Assembly (NCBI GenBank): GCA_951406725.2 | Contig: OX597817.1 | Coordinates: 125,674,001 to 125,738,000, forward strand | Reading direction: 5' to 3' | From: Octopus vulgaris | Lineage: Eukaryota | Length of the DNA: 64,000 nucleotides | In this document: piece after piece, positions 39,959 through 54,089 of the stretch | How positions within the stretch are numbered: the first letter of the stretch is position 1 | Layout: each line of letters starts with the position of its first letter | Notes under the pieces: generated by a model | What the model was told of the DNA's origin: nothing | What the model saw: the letters and a program-made list of their open reading frames with translations, nothing else | Database searches by the model: none | Translations under genes and position numbers: made by a program

Positions 39959-41717
39959 TGTGTAAATAATTTACAGTATGCTGAACCGTATGATTATGAA
40001 AGTGAATTAAGATGCAATGACAGTAATAGCCACACAATAAAACTAAAAAACAAACGTTAGTTCGCTGCTACCTCATGTATAAAATTCACTTTCAGAATTT
40101 CGAATATATGCCACGACGCAAAGTAATAAAATAGTGATATTCACAATACAACAGCTTAAAACTTAAAAAAACGCTTCATTAATCGCACATGGAATTTATG
40201 TTAGATATTATAAAGTAAGAAACCGCAATGTTACCCAAGATACTTGAAATAACTCTTCGATAAATAAAGATTGACATGAGCTTTTATTTTATTTTATTTT
40301 ATATATTTTTACTTTCGAATTTGTGCAAATGTGTATAGAATGATATCTATAGATAGATGACATTGCCGTTACATCTTCCCATCATTCTTTAGACACACAC
40401 AGTTTTACGGCTCTTCCAACACTACATCGTCTATCAATAAACCCGGCCATATAGCAACAAACATACATTAACACTTGTGAAATATATATTCTTTCATACT
40501 AGCAACATCAGGAACCTTCAAATACAGCCAAACATCACACTCAATGACATAAACGTACAGCGTACATACACAGAACACTAAAATGCTAGGAGTTACTCGC
40601 AGTATTCCGCTAGTATTTAAAGGACACGTTGAAGATTTGGTACAGAAAGCAAAGCAATTTCCAAGCGTAATTATATCAATGACGGGTATTATATTTAACC
40701 AAAACAAAAATCAACAACAACATTAGTGTACCGACAATATGCTCAATCCATTAGAGATTATCCAATCATATTATAATTATAGAGCATATAAACTACAATA
40801 TCAGATCCAAAGCTCAATAAAACAAAAATGCAAAATATCAAAATTTACCTAAGCGTAATTACAGCACTCATAATTTCTACCTGTTTATAACATTATGCTT
40901 TAATTTTCTTTTATATTGCAGGGCTCATGGCCTTTCAGAGCTTCCTCGATTAGTGCAATCAAAAGAAAGAAGTTATTCTCAAACCAGAAATTTGTTCCGA
41001 AAGCTTACAACCAAGTAAAGTTCCAAGTGGCAGGACAGATGGCGGTGTTAAAAAGGAGATGGATTTAGTCTACCACCCAAGAACAGAAAATGTCCTACAG
41101 ATGAAATTGAACACATTTACTCTCTACAGGATTTCATTCAAAATGTTTCGATCAAGTCATGGCAGCAACAGAATACATTCAACAAATTGCCATACCTTGG
41201 GATAAAACTGCAATCTCGTAGTAGTGAAATAGATTTCTTAACAGCATAGTCATGATTTCGTCCATAATTATTATGTGCACCATCATATTCAAACAAATAG
41301 ATGCAATTAAAAAGCTCCAGAATCCTCATGCCATTGCTTTTAAAACATTTTTCTTCGTCGAGACAAATCGTTATAAGTTTTGTTAAATCTCTCTGTCGGT
41401 AACAAAATTTCCAATGGTATTCGCAACTTACCTTCTATCTCGTTATCTTCGCTATATTTGTCTGAATGTATGTACTCAGCTGCAAGTACCTATATATTTC
41501 TCAACATGACCTTTAACGACATTACGCTGCCTTTTTCGGAAACAAAATGTTTCTTCTTTTATAATAAGTTTATTACTAAACGGAAACGAAATAGAGAATC
41601 TCCGTTCTTTTAATTTCTCTTAAGAAAAATTGCGAATAAACATTTGTTAAAATATTACTTTATTTACTATTAAAAAATGCCAAGTCTCTCTCTCTCCCTC
41701 TCCTCTCTTTCTAACTC

Positions 41718-41818
<101 letters not shown>

Positions 41819-43257
41819 GTGTCTGTCTGTCTATCTACCCTTATGTTTACATCTATCTCTCACCTTGCTATCGTGTTCACACATGGTCATTTATATGATA
41901 CTCTGAATAGAGCAGGGGATCAATCAAGCTTAAAGATTTTTGTTGGTCATATCCAGTAAACTATACGGAAAGGATCTCACAGGGATTCTAATTATGGAAA
42001 TGTTAAATTGTTTAAAATTACTGTATACACAGACATTGCTTTGATTGCCACAATAATCTCTCTGTTTTTTGTATATAGTGATGCATATAGAAATAAAAGC
42101 AGTTAAAAATAATATTTATTGTGATCTATTAAATGCTTTTCGTTATTTAAATATTGTTTTACATTCCTTCACTTAATCCTTTCTTGTATACACACACACA
42201 CACACACACACATTCCAATGAAATAGAGTATTATTTATTCTCTACATAAAACGACGTGACTTTAAGCTTGCAATAAATAATATTCTCTGTAAATCAAAAG
42301 TGCAGTTAAGTCATATTCTTTCCTATAAAGGCTCGAGAGATTAAATAGAAACTTGGAATGAATGCTTTAGATTGTAAACAAAAACTTTTCATTTAGATTT
42401 ATTGAGGCCATTTTGCATAATCGAATTTTCAACAAAATTTCTTAATGATTTTAGTTACTTGGGCGCCGCGAAAAGACAAACCGTCTTTTAAACATGAATT
42501 TCACTGATTGATGGCAGACGTCGTTATAAATTACACTAGAGGTAACAATTTTATTCCACTCCCTTATTTATATACAGTAAATTATCTTCTGCTATTTGAA
42601 TATCTAATATCCTTTTTATTAAAAACGTTTTGTTGTTAATGCATTAATTTTGAAGATATGTACACAAATGATTAATACAGATTTGTTCTGTTTGAAACGT
42701 TCTACAATAAATATACCCCAAGTGAAAGCTGAAATACGATATTGCTTAAAATTTATATACTTCTGCAGCGTCACCTCACTAAGGCCTGAACTAACTTTAT
42801 TACAGCGAGATAAAGTATATATGTACAAAAGCAGCTTTTTCCCTCCTGATCAGTTGACCTAAAATACAATTCATCATAATTTCATAAAGCTCATTATCAA
42901 TGAGACTGGTTTTACTCTATTGTAGTGGTGTCTGTTTAAGGTTAAACAACGAAGATTGACAGAAAGGTTACGTTTTATATATTTATATTTGTCAGCACGG
43001 TGCAACATGCTAATCTAATTGTCAATATAGAGAACCCTGATATACCATTCAGTTCAATTATTGGGAATTTGAGACAGAACAGACATACAAGGGGAAAAGG
43101 AAATTAAGTAGGCGAAATGAAAATTATATAACAAATGTTCTATAAAAACAGAGAGTTAAATGACATGACTTCCATAATATATTAAAAAATGATAGGATGT
43201 TCAGTGAAACCTCTGACATTAAATAGTCGATATATGACGAATAACTTCAAGGAGTAA

Positions 43258-43314
<57 letters not shown>

Positions 43315-44528
43315 TATATGAATGTATTTATGTATGTGTGCGTTTGTATATGTGTGTGTGTGTGTATGTGTGTGAATATTTACAGTGTAAACGCGTGTTG
43401 GTTGGTGGTTACAATGTTGGTCTAATGGTTATGAGGTCATAGTTTCGAATCGTGGACAAGGTAGTGTTATATATATTTAAGTAAGTTTCATTTGACGTCG
43501 CTGTTGTGTGCTGATCTGCAAATAAGTACCTGCGTACCGCTGGTACAGCCATCTGTCTCTGTAATGTCAGATCCACTGTGTTCCGCTGTGTCAAGAAACG
43601 GAGGAGGTTTGAAAGAGTGTATATGACTATTTAGGAAAAAAAAAAACTGCATCAGTGAAGTCATATTCACTTACGAATAGCGGTAAAGCCATTTTATTAT
43701 ATACATAGAAGTCGTTATTTCTGGGCCAAAGATTCTCGCTGAGTAATGATCGTTATCGCCGAATAACCAGACATCGGCGTGAAAAATGACACAGAAATGA
43801 TAAAAGGAATACACGCACATGAATCCCCATACTCTCCATCTGTGTATAGACACAAAAAAGCACAATCATATGCACACTTACATACATCTCAGCATATCAA
43901 AAACGATCATGCGCGGGTATGTTTACCGAAAATTTCAGGAAGGCAGTAATATCGGCATGAAGCGAAACCTCTCTTGAACTAATGACCGCTACATCACATC
44001 ACAGTTCAAAAGCTATGGAGATTACTATAAAATACCTAATGAACAAAAGAGGCAGTAAAATCCTTGGAGGTCCAAGATGCAACCGAATACGTAGATTATG
44101 TTATATATTTCTTTTTCTGGAAGACATCACACAAGTGATTAGCAGCTCTCCAAAGATGTCAAGTTGCTACCTCACTATGCGACACGATGTTGTCGTAAAA
44201 AAAAATATACAATGCCATTCTGACGACAACACTGCCCTGGAATAAATATAGAATAGACAGAATAACTTTCTGAAATAGATACACAAACATCAACACAAGG
44301 GAATGTTGGTGGAACATTTAGCCGTGAAACATTTCACCATGAAGACATCTGTCAAGTGTAAACACAATGGGCTGGATAATGCCGCTGAGAACAGACAGGA
44401 AAAATATGTACCGTCGAAGATGTCAGTTGCCCTTCTCAATGGAATAACACTTAGGAAAACAAAGGGAAAGACGATACCTGTTGACAACTGCTTGAAACCT
44501 CTAACTTTTGTATCTAGATTATAAAACC

Positions 44529-44574
<46 letters not shown>

Positions 44575-44580
<6 letters not shown>

Positions 44581-44776
44581 TAGTGTACGGTTTACATATA
44601 AAAGAGGTGAACTTAACAGGACATCTTACATACTGGAAAGGGCAGTTAAGGCCCAAACCACGGAGAAGAGTAATTTCAAAGGGAATGAAAAATAAAAACA
44701 TTTCAATAGTTACACTTACACTTGAGTTTCAACATCAATGTGCAAATAAAATAATTTGCCATCTGTGCATTATCAG

Positions 44777-44780
<4 letters not shown>
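44575..44780 (-). mobile_element. pLTR-like fragment with degenerate hammerhead, related to 53660-53900
   Basis: CTGATAA...ggcaaattattttatttg...GAAA-ctcaag-TG. Shares caaataaaataatttgcca with 53806-53824. Flanked by (TA)n. Confidence 0.6.
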
Positions 44781-44825
<45 letters not shown>

Positions 44826-45033
44826 TTAAATATTAATTATAAATTAATATGTCCTCAAACCGGCGTAAACTACTGCAGTAAAATACTTATGCAGTATTTA
44901 TATCCGGAAATTTAGCGCGCCAGAACGAGTGCATTTGAATGTAACTGTGAATATAATCGGCCGAACTGTTCGTCTCTCTGACCTCGTGTTAATATGTGGC
45001 GTACAGTTCAACAAATTATATTTTAAGACGTAC

Positions 45034-45107
45034 TTCCACTGAGGATCCGAGGATATTCATGTAAGTAAAATTACATAATTTATTAACGGTGAAACAATTG
45101 TATGGGG
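45034..45107 (+). ncRNA. Intact-looking type I hammerhead within a (TA)n-flanked insert (about 44820-45260)
   Basis: ttcca-CTGAGGA-t-ccg...atgtaa-gtaaaa-ttacat...cgg-t-GAAA-caattg-TA-tgggg. Confidence 0.7.
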
Positions 45108-45255
45108 TTAATCTATATTTTCGTTATTTTTCGTTTCCCCTACTCGCTTACGTTCTTGTTGAATTATTTCTTGAGAACAATTCTTAGTGGTTGAGTCCCT
45201 TTGCGGATCTCTATCTAGCGTAAGAGCGTCCACATAGTGGGTTCTCTCTTATAGT

Positions 45256-45317
<62 letters not shown>

Positions 45318-45320
<3 letters not shown>

Positions 45321-45611
45321 TGTTCCTTATCAAGCCATGCCTGTCTCATAGGGTCGATTTCCCGGTTTCCTTGGCGTATAGGTTCCCCAGCTGGACGGGA
45401 CGCCGGTTCGTCGCAGGTGAGCTGCAAGATGTAGGAGGAAAGAGTGAGAGAAAGTTGTGTCGAAAGAGTCAGCAGAAGTTCGCCATTACCTTCTGCCGGA
45501 GCCGCGTGAAGCATAGGTGTTTCACTCATAAACACACACAACACCCGGTCTGAGATTCGAACCCGTGATTTCTCGACCGCGTGTCCGCTGCTCTGACCAC
45601 TAGGCCATGTG

Positions 45612-45614
<3 letters not shown>
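45318..45614 (-). mobile_element. tRNA-derived SINE related to family A, different 3' tail
   Basis: Head gaggcacatggcctagtggtcagagcagcggacacgcggtc...gggttcgaatc. Confidence 0.8.
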
Positions 45615-45697
<83 letters not shown>

Positions 45698-47422
45698 CGT
45701 GTGTGGTTCTGAGAGTAAACCCGTAAGTGACAATGTGGATAAGCTAGGGTTTTCAGAAAAAGAAATCAACTAATAAGTTCGTGCATAACAAAACAAAGTG
45801 TAGCAAATATGCAGCACTTATCTCAGATTTAAAATGTGACAATACTTTGTTTTATATACATTCCAACGATGGAGTTTTGTATATTTGTTAGACGCCAGCT
45901 CCGTCAAGGGAAGAATTTAGATAATTAACAACAGAAGAGAACATAGATACGTGTGTATGATATGTGTGTGTTTGTGTGTATGTGTGTACGTGCGTACATG
46001 TGTATGTGTGTGTGTGTATGTGTGTGAATGGAAATACACAGACACACATATATACTTGGGATAAATATATGTACATACATAATTATATATCTTTTCATTA
46101 TTTTACTGATGTATGCGACGTACTATCTCATTAGCATTGCCGTGGTGGTGATGGAGTTGAGTGCTTTAGTGCTTATATGGACAATCTGATGCTGCTCTCG
46201 GTTAAAGAAGGCTGAGTGTAGGCAGAAACCGAAATCAGTTGCGGTTCATAATAATCATAAAAGGCTGCGCCTTATCTGGTTGGGTTGTTTTACTTCGTTG
46301 GCCTTACGTTAAGTTTGCTATTGCCAACGAGGACTTTGCAGGTATGTACTGTAACAGCAAGTGGAATAATAGATTCTCTAAGCCAGTAAGCCAGGAAGGA
46401 GCACTACCGGTGAGGAGAACCTTTAACCAGCGGTTTGTTACCGATAATGTTTGGTTCATCACTCTATTGAAGAGAGATTGTTAAGATTTTATGTAGGGCG
46501 CTAAACCTGCACAGCAAGGAGCAGGTTTATACAGACAAACCCCACTATATTTAAGTCATCGAAAAGAAAGCATGTAACAAGCCTAGCTTTGTAGGGGATT
46601 TGATCAATTTGTATTAAACCTAAATTTTCAATAGGTCAATCATCGCCACTTGGAGAATGAGTTGGACGATGGGAATATGCATTCCGGCTCTGTCAGGAAT
46701 TTTTCAACAATCAGTCGCTTTGACCGATGTACAGTTCTAGATGATCAAAAGAACAAAACGTAGTATCGAATTTCAACATAAGCATTCTTTCTATAAAGAA
46801 AGAAAACTGCGTGGAAAAGAAAGAAAGAAAACTGCGTGGAAAACGAATAGTTTCTCAGAGAAATCTTAAGACTGCTCCAGAAGTATCGGCTCACTGACTA
46901 TGGATTACTTGTAGAAATTTTATAGTCAGTAATTCTGCTTTATGTGAGTCATTGCCTAGTAGAGATAAACTTTACCGGCTTGTCTAAAACTCATTTGAAA
47001 AGTTACTTCTGTTTAGTAAAGTTATAAAATGATGAGATAACACGGTGAGAATGGCCTCGTTCAAGCTGATTAAACTGCACAGACCTTGGTAGCCAGTGTA
47101 CTCAATAACGTGTGGTATTTCTTGATTGGTTGTATTTGTTTCTTAGGATATTGCAAATTTCTGTATAGTCCGTATGTTTAAACCTACAATCTCTACTTAT
47201 TAATTTCACCTCAGTAGAAAATAAAAAAGTAGTTTCCTAACCTGTTCGTGTAATATCCCCAAATCAGTTGCACCAGCAAACATCATCATATATACATATA
47301 TACAGCAAACATCATCATCCTCATGAATATTATTGTAATTATTAGTGTCGTTTTTGTTATTGTTTTTCTTGCTATAAATTTTATTCTTCATTTTCTCATC
47401 ATTATTATTGTTGTCGTTATTA

Positions 47423-47650
47423 GGGTGGAAATGGCCAAATCTTTAGCGCGAAATACAAAACACTTAGCGTCATTCCTCCTGGATTTTTACGTTCTGAGTT
47501 CAAACGACACCGACACTAACTCTGCTTTGAAAAGCAGAACTCAGAAGCATTTAGATTTTTATTAAACAAAATACCGATCGAGTACTGTAGTTGATGTTAT
47601 TGACTCACTAACTCACCCTGAAATTGAGTATTTTGTTCCAAAATTTGAAA
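47423..47650 (+). mobile_element. SINE family C, diverged
   Basis: ttacgttctgagttcaaa motif and downstream similarity to 57050-57265. Confidence 0.5.
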
Positions 47651-49833
47651 CAATAATTAGTTTTGTTTGTGCTGTAATTTGTAATTTACGCCAGACTGGA
47701 AATCGTATTCTTTTCCTCGAATCAGATATTTTCGCCAGAGAGAATCTTTCCATCTTTCATATGTATTAAATAAAACAACAAAACATTTTTCACAACTACA
47801 ATCGCAGCCAGCCAATAAGTACATTGAATTAATATGTCCGACAGCTGACCTTATTCACAGGTTTATATTTTATCGCGGAACAGAACTACGCATAATGAAT
47901 ATTGTTATATTATCATTTTATATATGCTTATTATAACCAAGAAGAAAACTAACATTTGGCAAATGAATATGAAATGCCTAAACATGTTTTCATAATTGTG
48001 AATTCCAATCATATGGTTATAAAAACCATAATATATATTGTGAAATTTTTTACCTTTCAGATATTCCATCTATGAATATATATACATGGAAATTCATAAA
48101 CACACTGGCATATTCATAAAAATATATTGCATATACGTTTGTGAATGTGTACCTGTGTGTGAGTGTGTCTGTGCACGCACCTGTGTCCCTGTTTATGCAT
48201 GAATGTATATAAGTACATCTCCTAAACATTGATAATGGCATTAACATTTCGGCAAAGTTGGCTTTTACAAGCGGTTTCGGCAAAAATATCGAATTCCCGG
48301 AAGACATTTTAAAAGTAAATATTTGACTTTACCCAATATACTGAGTTCTTTGTTTATGTAATAAATACGTATCTTTAAAGAAATACGTGTTTAGACAATA
48401 TTTGCAACACCCGCCAAACTCTTCCGCAAACCCTCTTACCAACATCCCTCTTCCCAACACCCTTTCCCCGCCCCCTTTCCCTGCCCCCATTCATGATCCC
48501 ATTCTACTGCAAGTCTTTCCACTTTCACTCATGTGTCTACCTGCACACAATCACTCTCAATGCTCTCACATATCTATCATAGCTCAATCACTTAAATACA
48601 CCAATGTGTTTCACCACCATCTGGCAGTCACTTATGAAACATACCTCGCTCTTTTCTCTACCCCTTCACTGTGTCCAATCCCCTGTACCAATTATGCTCA
48701 TCCCCACTACGCCCTGAGGGTGTGTCCAGACATATCACCACGATCTATTTCTGCTGCTTGCAACAGAGTTAAAATATATACAGATTTTAGTGAACAAATA
48801 TTAAAATATTCTTTGAAAAATCCCCCCCCCAAAAAAAACAAACAAAAGAAACAGCACCATTCAGTTATTGGAGGTAACTCACAAAAAGAAAGCATCAAAT
48901 TATGAGCATCGCCCCTGCTACGTCTGTGACATCACATCGCAGAAAATCAGTAAAACCACTCATATAACTGGTTTGTTACCATTTCCTCGGATATTTCCTT
49001 CAGCTGCGTGTTTTCTTGAACAGATTTTATATATTTATAAAGAATTTAGTTGAAATCTTACCCTTTGTCTAAAGAATATTGTCGATCCACAATCGATATT
49101 AATGATCCTGAGGAGAGGAGATGCCATCGTCTGTGGATGTTTTTATGCGAATATACTATATTTGTATGATGATACATACCTTTATATATACATATATTAG
49201 TATATACCAAAAATGGACCAAATATTATTGGTAACAAACTCCTGGTTAAAGTTGATCCTTTGGGATGGTGTGCCTTCCTGGCTTACTGGCTTAGGGAATC
49301 TATCATTCTACTTTCTGTTGCAGTACATATCCGCAAAGACCTCGTTGGCAACTGCAAGCTTAGCGTAATTTAGGAATATTTTTTTTATTGCTTATTGCTT
49401 AGTCGGCAAGTATTCTGGCTCACTATTGCTTTATGCTAAAAGAAAATAGCTAAACTTACAAGAATCTCATAAAAAGGAATAAAAAATACTGGAAAAGAAT
49501 CAGAGAATATATTAAAATACATTTGTTAAATATCATATCCTACAGAATTGGAAAGAATGAAAAAAAAAATAAAAGAGTGGAAACAAATGTCAATCACCAC
49601 TTGAATATAATCTCACCTGATACGTCTTCTGGAATATGAGCTGTTGAGAATGTCTAGGAGACAGAAGAGTGTCAATAACAAAACGTAATCTGACAGACTT
49701 TCGGACAACTTGTCTGACACTATCAAATTAGCCTCTCATACCTTCGAGTCTAGTTTGTCTACTTGCTTTTGGTTTATATATATATATATATATATACATA
49801 TATACACACACACACACATACACACATATATAT

Positions 49834-49884
<51 letters not shown>

Positions 49885-49913
49885 TACACACACACACATA
49901 CACACATATATAT

Positions 49914-50007
<94 letters not shown>

Positions 50008-50334
50008 TCGGTAAAAAATTAATTGATGTAAAGATGATTGCCTTAGATTGACGATCAATATTTACAGGTAAGAATAACGCGGCTGATGTAGCAATTAAAC
50101 GTTATGGGAAGTTCATGATTGTATCATATAAGCGGGTATTTGGGGCGGAAGAGGCTTCTATTGAGAATTAAGAGGTTTTATGATAAGAGGGCCGATATTA
50201 CTCGAAAAGATAAGTGCAGTGAGTTCACTTACTGTGTGATAGTTTACAGCTTTATAGTTCAGAGAAAAAAGCGCCATTGCCGAGGCTATAGAGAAGACAG
50301 AGAAATATATTCTATATAGCAACTTTATATGAGC

Positions 50335-50391
<57 letters not shown>

Positions 50392-50444
50392 ATACACACT
50401 CGCACTTATGTGTGTGTGTATACACACACGCACTTATGACAGAT

Positions 50445-51288
50445 ACGGCTGTATGGTAAGAAGCTTGCTTTTTAACTACATAGTCCTAGGTGGCACCTTG
50501 TGTAACTGTCTTCTACTATATCTTCCGACTAGTCAGGGCATTCTTCTAAGTACATTTGGCAGGCGGAAGCTGAAAGAAGCCCGTCGTATATTTGTATATA
50601 TAATGTAGGTGGCCCATTAACAATTAAAACCTACAAGCAAATTTATAAACAACGGTACAAAATAGTACCAGTATTGTTAGAAACGAGAGTGAAAAACCAC
50701 TCAAAAACCACAAAAATACTTATCTTAATAAGGTGAAGAAAGAGGAGTGTAAAAGCTACGTACCGTAGTGAAATAAGCTAACAAGTGAAGCAGATATAAC
50801 TATATCACGGGATTTCGAACTCTGATGCTTTGCAGCTCAGCTGTCATCAGTGGATCTTAATGCGCCTAGGGTTAGGCATAATTAGCTGCGTCATCTCAAA
50901 GAAAAACCATTGGAAGCATGTGCTATGTCAAACTGGTAGAAGTGTATTCCATAAATAATGTGGGTGACTCATTAGCAATTAAAACCTACAAGCAAATTTA
51001 TAAACAAGGGTACAAAATAGTACCAGCACTGCTAAAAACAAGAATAAAATTTAACCAACGAAAGCACTTATCTTAATAAGTTGGCGAAAGAGAAGGAGCG
51101 ACAAAGCTACGTACCGCAGTGAGACAAGCTCACAAATGAAGCAGATATAACCATATCATGTGATTACGAACTCTGACGCGTTGTATTTCAGTTCTCGGTC
51201 AGCTTATTAATGTAAGTGCTTTTTGTGGCTAATTGAGTAGTTTTTGGGTTTTTGTTTCTAGCAATGCTGGTACTATTTTGTACCCTTG

Positions 51289-51341
<53 letters not shown>

Positions 51342-51505
51342 CATATATGCGTGTGTCTGTGTCTATGTTTGTACCCCACCATCGCTTCACAACCGACGTT
51401 AATGTATTTACGTCCCCCATAACTAAGCGGTTCGGCAAAAAGACCGATAGAATAAGTACTAAGCTCACAAAGAATAAGTCCCGGGGCCGTTTTCTCCGAC
51501 TAAGA
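50445..51505 (+). mobile_element. SINE family B split by a pLTR-like insertion (halves 50445-50590 and 51345-51505)
   Basis: The 5' half ends gaaagaagcccgtcgtata and the 3' half resumes ccccaccatcgctt...cggcaaaaagaccgatagaataagtact. Confidence 0.75.
50600..51290 (-). mobile_element. Tandem pLTR-like units plus inverted partial copy, each unit with a decayed hammerhead
   Basis: 50601-50860 is repeated at about 50955-51205, and 51205-51290 is an inverted copy of the unit start. Minus 50798-50855 reads atcca-CTGATGA...agttc-GAAA-tcccgtga-TA. Confidence 0.7.
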
Positions 51506-52529
51506 CCCTTACATATTTATTATGCCTTTACAAGTTAAGTAGTGACAATGACTTCGGCGATTTGTCCTGTTAGCTTTGACGGATTAATGAAACCAGAAAT
51601 CTATAATAACCCAATGTGAATTGATCCACTTTTATTCATGTACTTATTTGATTTCGCCATTCAAGACAATGAAATAATTTTTGCATACGCTTGTTTATTC
51701 CATATTATTCTAGAACTATTCTATATAAACAATGCAATAACCATGAAACGCATATATAATGTATGAATGTATTTGAAAATTTATATCCTCACGAGTTTGC
51801 AGATATTTAAATTCCATATATTGCAAAGATTAATGCTTTTACAGATGAAATTATGTTTATGATCGGCACCAATTAATAAAGCATAAAACACGTACAAAGA
51901 AATACTCTTTATTTGAAATATCACAACTACACTCTAAAAGATGTCATAAATTTAATTCTTATACCTTTCCATCTTCTGAAATCATAGTTACAATAAGCTT
52001 ATTGTATTGTTATTATTAGTGCAATTAAAGTAAACTGTAAGTGTTGTAATATTTAGCTAATTCCATCTACAACTGTAGAAATCTCTCCGACAACAATATT
52101 ACTGTCCAATACTCAAATCAGCTACAACTTTTGAACGTAGATAAATTTAGAAAGGTTTAAATCACTGTGTTTCTGTCTAACCCGAAAGGATTGCTATCCG
52201 CAGGATTTATATCGACTTCATGGAGGATTCCTTTGAAATCTTCTTTTATCAACGTGCGCTATACTTCAGAAACTTATAGGAAATTTAATGAAAACCTCCC
52301 CAAATATGAATAGTTCTTCAACAAAAGAAGATTTGTGGAATTGAATATCCAGTGGTCAATCATCAGCCATTTCGCCCTTTAGAGTAGTTTTGTACGAAGC
52401 TGCACAAAAACATGCGGTATTTCATATTGTGCATACAGAGTTGTAATTTAAAATTATGGGCCATCAAATACTTAAAAAAAGGCGATTACACCGTAATGAT
52501 TTTAAAAATGTTATCTTTGATAATTTACT

Positions 52530-52885
52530 TGTCTTTATTATTAGGCTGTGGCTATGCTGAGATACCGCTTTGAAGAATTTTAGCCGAACGAATCGACCTC
52601 AGTACATTTTTTAAAAAGCTTGGTACTTATTCTATCATTCTTTTTTAACCGTATCACTAGTTTACAAGTACGTTAACACGTGAACACCGGTTGTCAGTCG
52701 GTATTGGGCGATACAAATAGATACAAAGGCACACACACACACTCACATATAGATATCCTTCCTATCAAATCCACTCATAAGAACTGAGGCTATTGTAGAA
52801 GACACTTGCCCATGACGTTTCGCAATGGGATTGAAGCCGGAATCATGTGGAGGCGAAGCAAACTTCTTACCACACAGCCAAGCCT
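52530..52885 (-). mobile_element. SINE family B
   Basis: Reverse-complement homology (cttaccacacagcc, agaagacacttgccc, tacttattctatc). Confidence 0.75.
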
Positions 52886-53774
52886 GTATCATAAGAAGTA
52901 ATATTTCAATAACTGATTTTGAAGACGATTAGTTCTAGTTATTTGAGGTTGCATAGGTATGAATGTTCACTTTTGAAATTATCAACATACATATGTACAT
53001 AAATGTACACGCAATCAGACAGAAACAGACACAGACATACCCACAGACATACGAACACACACTCACATACACAGGTATATATATATATATATTTGTTTGA
53101 ATGCTTATGATACTACATCATAGGACACTCATTTTCAACACGTTAATTACGAACTGTCTCCTCATTTTTCAGATAAGCGATGTGGTTATGTATGTATATA
53201 TATATACATACATACATACATGCATACATACATACATACATACATACATACATACATACATACATACATACATACATACATACAAAATCGAACTCACATA
53301 AGGTATGCAAGTTGTTAGTTTGTGGATCGGCAACAGGTTTTATGCGTAAGAGAATATATTCCCTATGCGTCTGGTGTAAAATGAAACACCTGAACTAAGT
53401 TATAGTTAAACGAGACAATGCACATAGGTCCCTTCTCGATGCGACTGGCATTGATGTTTCGTCATTGCTGTGACTAATCAATGCCACGTACCGAAGATAG
53501 GCCGCTGTAAGCCATATCACCGACAATGACAGAGTACCATCCATCAGCAGATTATTGGCAGCAATAAAGTTCTTAACTGAGTGATCCGCTCATATAAATT
53601 TAGACTGCTTGTATTTGTAACATAACAGAAAATCAGAAAGCCACATTTTAATATATATATAAATAAAATAGTGTATATTTAAACAGAAGAGAAACCACCT
53701 TTAACGACCAAAACCATATTTAAGAGCAATTTCGAAGGGAATGAAAAGTAAAAAATTTAACCATGTTATTTGTT

Positions 53775-53849
53775 TACGGTTATACCTAGGTTTCGATATT
53801 TTTACCAAATAAAATAATTTGCCAGGCGAAATTCTCATCAGTAACCGTA
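53775..53849 (-). ncRNA. Intact type I hammerhead ribozyme
   Basis: tacggtta-CTGATGA-gaatttcgcctggcaaattattttatttggtaaaaatatc-GAAA-cctagg-TA-taaccgta: perfect 8-bp stem I, canonical core, palindromic stem III. Confidence 0.82.
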
Positions 53850-53989
53850 CCATAACATTAACATATCACATAGAGACAAATAACACACATCCCATCATTA
53901 TATGTTATAAGTTTTCAAATTCCCCGCGCAAGCGCAGTTTCAGTCGGCAGTAAGTTAAAAATGCTGAACTGCATGTATACATATATATA

Positions 53990-54028
<39 letters not shown>

Positions 54029-54043
54029 GCATATATATGCATG

Positions 54044-54089
<46 letters not shown>

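Noticed and set aside
43480-44000. CpG-richer patch with an E-box (ccatctg) as a promoter or enhancer
   Set aside because: Short motifs like this are expected by chance, and there is no gene or expression evidence to anchor the call.
46140-46750. AYMDNLMLLS peptide resembling an RT YxDD motif
   Set aside because: A single degenerate motif with no supporting neighbours identified.
48387-48905. 172-aa proline-rich ORF
   Set aside because: It arises from C-rich low-complexity sequence, has a non-ATG start and shows no domain features.
52200-52420. Possible minus-strand exon after ttttgtgcag
   Set aside because: The frames examined close early and give no recognisable peptide.
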